The notes under the pieces were generated by a model that saw nothing but the letters and a program-made list of their open reading frames with translations, had not been told where the DNA came from and did not search any database. Shown one piece after another: positions 1 to 9,271 of a DNA stretch of 64,000 bases. The position numbers and the translations under genes were made by a program. The stretch covers positions 1,364,001-1,428,000 of the forward strand of contig BQFW01000013.1 of assembly GCA_020891255.1 (NCBI GenBank), written 5' to 3'. Source of the DNA: Entomortierella parvispora E1425 (Eukaryota > Fungi > Mortierellomycota). How positions within the stretch are numbered: the stretch's first letter is position 1; the number at the start of each line of letters is the position of its first letter.

Positions 1-1393
1 GGCATGGGCTGACCTCTGCAGTATTTGTTTGTCCTCTACACGGACAAAAGAGAGACAAACGACTCCCAACAGAGACACGGTCAAAAAATAAGGATCTGAT
101 AAGAAAACAAAGGGCCAAGTACCCTGTGAATTTTTTTTTTTTTTTGTTTTTCCTTTTCTTCTTTTGTCGGTGACCCAAAATATCCGACCCAACGACAGGG
201 GCGCACTTTTTTGTGGGCGAGAAAAAAAAGTGACTTATCAGATCCGAGTCAGATTGTTCACACCGGCCCCCCAGGTCCAAAAAAAAATGCTCTGGACCCC
301 CACCAAGTCCGTATCCTTTCTTCATAACAAAGCACATTTGCTAGACAAGTGTCAGCACGAATCACCGCTTTAAGAAAAAAAAAAAAAGAAAAAAGGAAAG
401 AGTGAAAGAAGCCTTGGTTCGGAGCCACTGACAGGAAGACAGAAAAGTGGTGTGTGAGTAACGGCAGTCGTAAGGCTCTCACATGTGGGAATGACAGGTC
501 TGGAATGACCTTCCGAGTGGGGCCATTTTTATTATTTTTTTTCCTCTACCTGTTCCACTTCACGGGACCGACCTAATAATATAAAAGAGTTTTCCGAAGG
601 TGGGATGAACTCAATGCATTGTGCCAGTCAGAAAGTAAAACGGCCGAGATCGAGGAGCAAATCCCGAAGGATTGGCCATTGCGGGCTGTCAGGCAGGCTC
701 GGGGAAACCAGAGTCTTTCTGTCCTACGATTGTCTTCTCGCTCTCTCTAGGTCATGGTTCGGGGGGAGACATACTGGAGACGAGTCTTTCTGATGTGTCT
801 CTCAGACCGTAATCACGCCTGTTGTTATCAGATCCAAAGTCATAACGGGAGACCCTCTGCGATTTGGGTGTCACTCGAAGGCAATGGAGGATCAAAGAGG
901 GAGGGGGACAAAGACAGAGAGAGAAAGCAGGAGAGAGACAGGAGGAGGGGGGAGCTAGGTGAATAGTGATGTTCGTTGTGCGCTACTTGCCCCCGATAGA
1001 CGAGCCGAGTCAGCCAAAAGGGCTGACTGACTGACAAAAGAGACAATGGCTGGCTTCGTATCCCGTCCCGGGTCAGGCGGGGATCTGATAAGATTTTGTT
1101 TGTCATTTATCTCTTTTTCCTCCTCTTCCTTCTTCCGCCCTCCCTCCCTCACTTTCGTTGCTGCCTCTTTGTTTTCTGGCGGTTCGTCTCTTCTCAATCC
1201 TTCCGCACTCTCCTCTCTCCTTCACCCTTCTGTCTCTTCGCCTTGTCTGTTGAATCTCGCCTTTCATTCCTTCTCTCCATTGCTCATCTCTCCCTCCGCC
1301 CACCAGCCTACTGTTCCTCCACCAAAAGAAAACAGAAAATTGCTCCTTCCGGCAAATCCCTTTCACTTTCAACACAGCACACACTCATACGCC

Positions 1394-3391
1394 ATGTCGA
1401 CCTCCACACTGCAACTCATGCCTTCCGCAGAGCCGGGCAGCGCCACTGACCTCTCTCAGCTCGACCCCGCGACTCTTGCTGCCATCCCTGGCATCACCTA
1501 TGACCTCAAGCGCCTTAAGGTCTACTCCTCTTGTCTCCGATGCAGAGCCAAGAAGGTGAAGTGCGACCGCAAGGAGCCTTGCTCCCGTTGTGTCAAGCAT
1601 TCGGTTGAGTGCTCCTACCGCGAACTGGCCTCGGTTCAGCTCGATATCCGTCAGTTCCAAAGACATCTCAACAACCCAAAGGTCAGAAAGGACGGCGCCG
1701 GTATCATCACCTCGACTGCTACTCCAATCCTGACGCTTCCCTCGGGTGACACCGCTGTGCTCTCAGCTGGGTCTACGACTGGTGTTGGCGCTTCCTCGCC
1801 CGCTGCAGCCTCTGCCGCTGCAGCAGCTGTAGCAGCCGCTACTTTGATGGCCGCTGCAGCCAAAGCATCTTCGAGCGCTGCTGTGACGTCGACTTTGTCC
1901 ACTTCCACATCTGCCTCCCCTACTTCCTCAGAGTCTATGTACAATGGCGCCCCTAGAAAGTCAGTCAAGTTCTCTTCTGCTCCAACCTCGTCATTGTCCC
2001 GTCCTAACCAAGACAAGAGTGCAGAGAGCACCGACACAGAGTCTGATGTCCCTGCCGTCGCAGCAGTTTCCTCTAGTAAGGCCATCGCTATGGCGCGTGC
2101 CAGAGTCCAAAAGATGTACAGAAAGAAGCAAGTCGTCCGCCAGACGCCTTTCACTCCTCCTTCGGCTCGTCCTCGCTCGTTCATGTCGGCTGTCGCTGAC
2201 AACGATGAAGAAGAAGAAGAAGAAGAGTGCGAGGATGACGATGAGCCCATCGAGAGATTGGTTCTTCGAGACCCTGTCGACCAGTCCTTCCAGCCTACGC
2301 CCTACTCTTCAAGCTCATACAGCCATGCCCCATCTTCTCCCGATGTCACAATGGCATCTGAAGTTGATGATGAGGACTATGATAGCAGCAATGGCTCGAG
2401 CCTCAAGAAGAAGAAGAAGGTCTTCAACAACAAAGACGTCCCCATCTGGCGGGCTCAAGCTGTTGGCAAGCACAAGCAAACCGTCCACGAGCAAGACCTG
2501 GCAGAGACTTTTGGCTTGGCCGCCTATCTCAAAGCCAAGGAGATGAGTGTGCCCAATGAAGACGAACAGCAGGACCACGGCATGGCCGGCCAAACGATTG
2601 ATTACGAGTACGATATGGAGCTTGAGCAAGCCCTTGCTCGACGAATGCCCACGTTCTTTTCGCGCCCAGACCGATCCTACTCTCGTGCGCGCAAGTATGC
2701 TCAGGCGGGTTACAACCCAGCTCTGCCTTACGCCCGTCCATCTCATTGCCAGCTTGCTTCTAGCACTGCAGCCGGTGCTACCGCTCCTGTTGCTGCTCAG
2801 TGTTGCTGCCAGATTGCTGCCAAGCAAGGCCAGGCCCCGGGAACCTGCTATTCCTCTGGCTCCCATGATCATAGCCATCATCACCAAGATGTGAGCGAGT
2901 CGTCGATGTCGCCTCCACCAAGCTCCCCTGGTCAGGGTGAGTGCACTCGCATCGCATACTCACCTTCCTACCAACCTGTGAGCAAGGATGACGCGTCCCC
3001 GAACGGTCAACACCAGCAAGAGTACTCGTCCATGATGCCTCCTCCTCCAATGAACCCCAAGAACGCCTCCCCTTGCTCTTCGCCTAGAGTTGAGTTGGCC
3101 CCCATTTACTTGCCAAAGCCATTCTCACACAGCGGCAACGCAGCCAAGACTGCCTCCAAGTCTGATCTGTCTGCCTTCCAGGTCGGAGGGGGCAACGCTG
3201 GCGTTGTCATTCATCATGACAATTTCCAAGCCGATCAACAGCAGCTTCCACCTCTCAAGATCGCGTGCAAGTACAACGAGCCCAATGTCGATGCCTGGGA
3301 TATGATTGAGAAGCCTATCTCAAGAACGGTCCCTGTGACGACGAAGAGAGGCCGCTCTATCAAGATGGAGATGGGATGGATCCTTTCGTAA
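1394..3391 (+). CDS. Zn(II)2Cys6 fungal transcription factor, intronless, ~665 aa, mostly low-complexity after the cluster
   Basis: C-x2-C-x6-C-x5-C-x2-C-x6-C motif CLRCRAKKVKCDRKEPCSRCVKHSVEC at 1532-1612; ATG at 1394 in gccATGt context, in frame with ORF 1046..3391, whose upstream part is a pyrimidine-rich leader. Confidence 0.9.
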   Translation: MSTSTLQLMPSAEPGSATDLSQLDPATLAAIPGITYDLKRLKVYSSCLRCRAKKVKCDRKEPCSRCVKHSVECSYRELASVQLDIRQFQRHLNNPKVRKDGAGIITSTATPILTLPSGDTAVLSAGSTTGVGASSPAAASAAAAAVAAATLMAAAAKASSSAAVTSTLSTSTSASPTSSESMYNGAPRKSVKFSSAPTSSLSRPNQDKSAESTDTESDVPAVAAVSSSKAIAMARARVQKMYRKKQVVRQTPFTPPSARPRSFMSAVADNDEEEEEEECEDDDEPIERLVLRDPVDQSFQPTPYSSSSYSHAPSSPDVTMASEVDDEDYDSSNGSSLKKKKKVFNNKDVPIWRAQAVGKHKQTVHEQDLAETFGLAAYLKAKEMSVPNEDEQQDHGMAGQTIDYEYDMELEQALARRMPTFFSRPDRSYSRARKYAQAGYNPALPYARPSHCQLASSTAAGATAPVAAQCCCQIAAKQGQAPGTCYSSGSHDHSHHHQDVSESSMSPPPSSPGQGECTRIAYSPSYQPVSKDDASPNGQHQQEYSSMMPPPPMNPKNASPCSSPRVELAPIYLPKPFSHSGNAAKTASKSDLSAFQVGGGNAGVVIHHDNFQADQQQLPPLKIACKYNEPNVDAWDMIEKPISRTVPVTTKRGRSIKMEMGWILS

Positions 3392-3659
3392 ATATAATAT
3401 TTCGATCCTCCAAAAAACAAAAAAAATCTAGTTTCAGCATTGCATTCAACATAAATAAATAAATACCAGCTCAAATAATATGCTGACCTTAAATTTATTA
3501 GCACGAGGTCATGTCATCACAAATATACACGTGACTAATATTTCGAAGTGATATGATCACGTGACCTATATGGTCTTGACTTTTTCATTGTCGGAGAAGT
3601 TCCCGAGAAAAAAACATCAGAATTCTCGGGATCCGGTTGGATTTCGGGGATCTAGCCCT

Positions 3660-3732
3660 GGGGATGTAGCTCAAATGGTAGAGCGCTCGCTTAGCATGCG
3701 AGAGGCACTGGGATCGATGCCCAGCTTCTCCA
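3660..3732 (+). tRNA. tRNA-Ala, anticodon AGC (IGC), 73 nt, no intron
   Basis: Cloverleaf: acceptor GGGGATG/CTTCTCC-A with G3:U70 Ala identity pair; D arm GCTC..GAGC; anticodon arm CTCGC-TTAGCAT-GCGAG; T arm CTGGG-ATCGATG-CCCAG. Confidence 0.97.
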
Positions 3733-3742
3733 ATAGACCTTC

Positions 3743-3749
3743 TTTTTTT
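3743..3749 (+). terminator. RNA polymerase III terminator (T7) of tRNA-Ala
   Basis: Run of 7 T, 10 nt after the tRNA 3' end. Confidence 0.8.
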
Positions 3750-4259
3750 GCAATATTTTTGGCCCCGGAAAGTCATATTTTGCTAACCGACGACCACGGG
3801 GGACCCTCCTTCTTGGATCTCTTATCCGCCAACCTTGACACTCTCTAACAACACCACGGTTTCGTCGCTACCGACAGATCTAAGTCTTAATGGCCCAAAC
3901 ACGTCCATGACCGTCTGACTTACCCGTCACCGTTTTCATTAAACCACAATCCTCGTCCTTTCTATGTACATGTACAAATTTCAAGTCTGAAAACTCTCCA
4001 AGTGTGCATGCAATAAACTGTTGAACTCGGATGCTAGCCTCAATATTCGGAATGGACTTGAGGTCATGAGCGCCTACTGGTCATACACATTTAGTCGAAC
4101 CTCAAAGGTCAAAGCCGGGTGTATTTTGGCTGCGTCTGATCATGTTCACAACCACTTTTTTTTTCTTTGGATTCAAAGAGACGTTTTATTAATGTACAAG
4201 TGAGTGAGAATGCAAGTGATGGGTATGACACTGGGCGGTATCTTGAGTGGAGGAGTCCT

Positions 4260-4457
4260 TTAAAGATGGATGTTGCCCTGGAGGGCTTGGCCACCATAAG
4301 ACTTGTTAAGGGCCATCTGGATGGCCTGTTCGCGGGTCATGGTCGACTTGGTCTTGGAGTCACTTGAGCGAGAGCCCTGCATGGAAGAGCGAGGGGTCGA
4401 GGCGGCAGATGAGGCGGCGGACGAGGTCTGGTTCTTGGAGGATTTGAAGAAAGACAT
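4260..4457 (-). CDS. 65-aa Ser/Thr-rich small hypothetical protein (copy A of an inverted paralog pair)
   Basis: Intact ATG..TAA ORF MSFFKSSKNQ..TPRSS..MTREQAIQMALNKSYGGQALQGNIHL; C-ending codon bias, AC-rich leader, gccATG context; clear paralog at 5190-5382. Confidence 0.75.
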   Translation of the reverse strand: MSFFKSSKNQTSSAASSAASTPRSSMQGSRSSDSKTKSTMTREQAIQMALNKSYGGQALQGNIHL

Positions 4458-5189
4458 GGCTTTAGTTGTTGTGGTTGTTGTTGATTTTGAGGTTGGGTCG
4501 TCTTTGGAGTTTGCTGAATGCAGGAGCAGAGGCTAGTTGTTGTTGTTGGTTGTTGAGTGAAGAACAAACACAAAGAGGGGGAATGCGATCTCTTTAATAC
4601 CTTTTGACAGGGCCTCATCTTGGCACGGATCCGGGCACCAGCAATTGAAAGTCGATTGCCGCAGCGCGAAGTTTAGGTATGGACCACAGCGCTTCCCGCA
4701 GTTTCAACCTTGGCGACCCAAAAATTGGCCAACTGTGTTGATTTCAGCTCCAATTGCGGATTTCTTTGCCAACGCGGAGGGAATTGGTCTGACCACCGCC
4801 AAGTGCTCTCAGGGGGGAGTGATGTCAAATCGAGAAGTAGAAGAATTTATTCCCGGGGCGCGGTTGCTTGGCTGGGTTGCACGACACACAGGGATGACGG
4901 TTTTGTTGTGATGCAGGTTGTGTCGTGCCGAGCAGCAGCAGCAGCGGCAGCAGGCGGAAATGAAGGATGCACGCCAAGAATGGAAAGTCGATCCCGCACT
5001 TGGCTATCTTGAAGAGACTTATGCTCAGTACTGTTCTGCACTTTGCAACCTTGCGGTTCTTGTATACAAAGTGTCGACCTTCCGCTTTCCCATCTGTAAT
5101 CCACATCCAAACAACAGCAATCATCCAAAGCAAGCACCAAGCGCATTGGCCAGCAACACTTTCAATCTCAAGCGCAACAAATTACAAAC

Positions 5190-5382
5190 ATGCCTTTCTT
5201 CAAGTCTTCCAAGAACCAATCCGCCTTTGCTGCCTCGACCCCAGCTCGAACTCCTCGCTCGTCAATCCACGAGACCCGACCAGCAGCACAAGCAAAGAAA
5301 GATGACCCGCGATGAAGCACTGCAGATAGCCCTGGACAAGTCACTCGGAGGCCATGTCTTCCAAGGCAACATTCGCGCGTGA
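5190..5382 (+). pseudogene. Frameshifted paralog of the 4260-4457 micro-ORF (copy B); pseudogene or single-base sequencing error
   Basis: ATG 5190 reads MPFFKSSKNQSAFAASTPARTPRSSIHETRPAAQAKK and stops at TGA 5313-5315; the homologous C-terminus MTRDEALQIALDKSLGGHVFQGNIRA* lies in the +1 frame (5302-5382). Confidence 0.7.
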
Positions 5383-5896
5383 GAACCCTTGTGGACGACC
5401 TTCCTCACAAACCCGGACACATATCATTAATTACATACCTCAACGTGTAAACGTGTAAACTATTTTTCATTATAAAACTTTGGCATTGCACCATTGCATC
5501 TGCAGACTCAGTTCTGGAAGGGTCTAGGGTAACAGAGAGAAATAAAACTAAAAAGGTACTGTACGCGGTATGGCTGAAAACCGTAGATTTTATTCACAAG
5601 TGCAGATATCTCCCAACCTCTAATATGAATGGTGGGGATGGCGATGATGCTTGAACTATGGGGGTCCGAAGATTGAATGTTACAGGGAGGATGTCAGGAT
5701 GGTGAATTGCAACAATAGCATGGCATGCATGGATTCCAAATGGACATCTGACTCGCGCGCACGGGGCACGCCCGTCTCAGGTGGCTTGCCATGCCAACAG
5801 GCATTTTTCTCGTTCTTCTCTTCTTCACCGATTCCCTACCTTCTCCACATCCATCCACTCCGCCGATAATCCCTTCTGAGCCTTAATACATTCCAG

Positions 5897-7733
5897 ATGA
5901 TGCACGTCTCTCGCTCCTCAAGTTCGTCTTCCTTGCCACCTTCCATCAACACTAACCTTCCGGGCACCAGTGGTACTGCCCCTAACAACGCCCAAGCCCT
6001 CGTCCAGGAGATCACATCTCTTGTTAAGGATGACGACCGGATCAAAGTCGCTGGCATCGACTTGGATGGTATCTTGCGGGGAAAGATCATGGCCAAGTCA
6101 AAGTTCTTGTCCATTCTAGAGTCTGGCTTTGGATTCTGTTCTGTAATCTTTGGATGGGACATGCATGATAAAACGTATGCAGAGGAACTTTCCATCTCGA
6201 ATGCAGCCAATGGTAAGCAAGGGTCAAACATCAGGGTACTTCCTATTACTACGGGTAACGACCATTAAATCCAATTGTAACGCCATATTCATAGGCTACA
6301 AAGACATCATCGCGATCCCAGACCTGACGACCTATCGTCGAATCCCCTGGGAAAACAACATTCCGTTCTTTCTTCTCTCTTTCTATGATCCAAACACTAA
6401 GGAGCCCTTAGCAGTCTGTCCTCGAGGGGTTTTGAAAAAAGTTACGGACGACTTATCATCGCTCGGATGGGAGGCTATGTGCGGAGCCGAGTTCGAATTC
6501 TTCAACTTCAAAGGTAGGGCGGAAGGGTGAACGAGAATAGACGGCTTATGGTAACTCTTTATATACTGACATCTTCGGCTTCTAGAGACACCCGACACTT
6601 TGGCTGCAAAGGGACATACTGCGCCGGAAGCTTTAACGCCAGGGATGTTTGGATATTCGCTGCTGAGACCATCCCTGCACCAGGATTACTTTTACGACAT
6701 CTACGACAAATGCAAAGAGTTCCAGATCAACATCGAGAGTCTGCATACTGAGACAGGGCCTGGGGTATACGAAGCGGCCTTGTCCTATACAACTGCAACT
6801 CAAATGGCAGACATGGCGAGTCTGTTCAAACTCTCTGTCAAGCAGCTTGGGCTGAAGCACGGCATCATGCCCACTTTCATGGCAAAACCATATTCGGATC
6901 AGCCTGGCTGCTCAGGTCATTTGCATTTCTCAATCCGAGATATTTCCACAAAGGCAAACCTGTTTGCTGCATCGGGATCGACTGCAACGGCAACCCCTTC
7001 CAATGAGCAGCAGTTGCACAGTCCAACTTCTGACGACGACCTGATTCCTAACCAAAGTGCTTTGGAAAGCGCAGCTCCCGATGCATACAGCACATCCTCC
7101 ATGTCATCAGCCTTGCAGCACGCACTGGCCAATCCCAGACCAGTTTGGGAGAAGGTCGAGGGCGTGGATAAGATGAGTCAGATTATGAAGTGGTTCACAG
7201 CCGGGTTGTTGACAGGTTTACCGAGCATCATGGCCATCCTTGCGCCAAATATCAACTCGTATAAGCGTCTTGTCGAAAACTATTGGGCGCCAGTGACTAT
7301 TTCATGGGGTATCGAGTCCAGAGTTTCAGCGATTCGAGTCATTGGCCCACCACAGTGTGATCCTAAAGGGACTCGATTGGAGATGCGTGTCGGCGGTGCA
7401 GATATCAATGCTCATTTGGCGATTGGAGCCTGCTTAGCAGTGGGGCTTTATGGAATCAAGAACAAATTAGCCATGCCAGTTGGTCCCACCACTGTTGAAA
7501 TGGAGCAAGCAGAGGAAGGACAATCTCACAAACCCATGCGAATCAAGGCAGAACGGCTGCCAAAGTCTTTGAAGGAATCTGCGCTAGCAATGCTGGCCAA
7601 GGATTCGATCGCCCGACAGGTGCTAGGAGATGCATTCGTAGATCATTATGGAGCTACGCGTCTGAACGAATACCGGCTGTGGGAGACTGCTGTCACGACA
7701 TGGGAAACAAAACGATACTTTGAACTCGTTTAG
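5897..7733 (+). CDS. Type I glutamine synthetase-like protein (probable gamma-glutamyl-amine ligase), 3 exons, ~560 aa
   Basis: Exons 5897-6212, 6295-6513, 6586-7733 with GT-AG introns; motifs DLDGILRGK, GAEFEFF, HTETGPGVYE, FMAKP, GCSGHLHFS, NSYKRL, RLEMRVGGAD; start codon somewhat uncertain. Confidence 0.9.
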
Positions 7734-7787
7734 ATGATGCTAATATAAAATATTCTAATACATTTATTAAGCGTCCTGACTTCTTGT

Positions 7788-8853
7788 TTACATTTTCTTC
7801 TGAACACGGACAGCATGTCCCTTCTCCGCGCGCTTCTCCAGCTTGGCCTGTCTCTTAGACTGACCAGCAGGGGCACCAGCAGAACCATCTGCTGATCCTG
7901 CAGCTCCGGCAGCCATACCAGCGGCGTTGCGGGCCAACATAGGCTTGATGGCCAAGTGCCACGCCTTCCATCCAGCGTAGGCGGGAATCTAGATCAAAGA
8001 GCAGCCAAAAAATGCCAACATCCGGTTAGTCTTGGGCAACGTACGAGGTTAGATCAACAGTTATATGGTATCGTATTCACAACATACACTAATGTAAAAC
8101 CACCACATCTTGGACCAGAAAGCAGATGTAACGTGGACAAACCACGTAACATAAATGATATCAAAGGCGTATCTAAGGGCGGAATGTTCAGAGATTACAG
8201 TAATAATAGGCGGTCAGCATGTGCACTTCCTAGGCTGTGTCCCCTGTTGTGATTATTCATTTCTCATGACAAAGGGAAAATGGTGCAGGATCACCCCAAG
8301 GTGTTTCCATGGCGTTGTCCAATTAGAGTTTTCCATCCAGGCTCAGATTCCCATTGGTGATCAAACATGAACTTACTGGACGAGTCCCTCCTGGGTCAGA
8401 TCCTGTCCAGCATCGACAAGTTCGCCCTTGGAGTTGTAGCGAGGCTGGCCCATGGCATTGATCTGGAAGTACAGAACGATCGTGAGTCCTGCAGTGAGAA
8501 GGTAGCTGATCGCCAGTCCGAACCCGAAGCTGCTCCAGTGGTAGATGATCCTGTAGAAGAAGTAGAAGGCCTGTATTCGAGAGAAACAAAGACGTTAGAG
8601 AGATCGAAAGCTTGGACAGTGGATCCAAGATAGAAGGGAAGCACTGGGTAGGATTCAGTAAAATCCACCTACATTGACCCAGATGAATCCCTTGCGGAGG
8701 GCAAGCAGCGTCTTGCCATTCTCGTGAGCAATCTTTTTCTGAGATGAGTTGGCCTGTTTGGCGGTGCAAGAGTGAACGAATAGATGTTAATGAGGTTCAT
8801 ACTGCCTCAGCTGGTTCCTGCAATGTCGATGGCTGTTCGATTGTCTGTACCAT
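7788..8853 (-). CDS. SND2: SND2/TMEM208 (DUF788) SRP-independent ER targeting protein, 5 exons, ~187 aa
   Basis: Not in the ORF track. Exons 8851-8853 (ATG only), 8673-8753, 8377-8570, 8088-8172, 7788-7988 join in frame to MANSSQKKIAHEN..GQPRY..DAGQDLTQEGLVQYAFDIIYVTWFVH..IPAYAGWKAW..QSKRQAKLEKR, which matches the TMEM208 family as I recall it. Confidence 0.9.
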
Positions 8854-9271
8854 GACGGTAATGGGCTGTTGGGGAAGACAGATGAGAGAAAGAAGCGCGA
8901 AAGTGCAGACCCGCAAAAGACGAGGGTTGGGCGAAAGAAGCGAGTCGCTGCCTGCAGACCATGCGATCAGCCGCCTTCCTGCCGTCATTGACCCGCTGCA
9001 CAACAGAAACCCTGTCATGTACTTGCTGTGGTCGCATCTCTCCTTTGTCCTTGTCCTCCTTCCCCTTCTTCCCCTGCATCCTCATCAGTTCTGGTCCGAG
9101 AAGCCATAGTCTGTTACTCGTTGCCGTCCTCTTATCGCACCCCTTCTGTGCGTCAATAATATCCTTGCCGATCGTTCTTCATTTTGATTTCCATTTTGAA
9201 TTCTTGTCGGCTGCGCGTTTCGCCACTGTTCCTTGTCCGTTACTTGTCTGATCAATTCATTCTTTTTCAGT

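Noticed and set aside
3707-3725. tRNA T-loop reads ATCG rather than TTCG
   Set aside because: A54 is normal for eukaryotic cytosolic tRNA-Ala(AGC)
8173-8376. Possible H/ACA snoRNA in the 204-nt SND2 intron (GATCACC 8289-8295 / GGTGATC 8356-8362 stem and a downstream ACA)
   Set aside because: No ANANNA H box after the first stem and the second hairpin is weak; would need an Infernal/snoGPS hit
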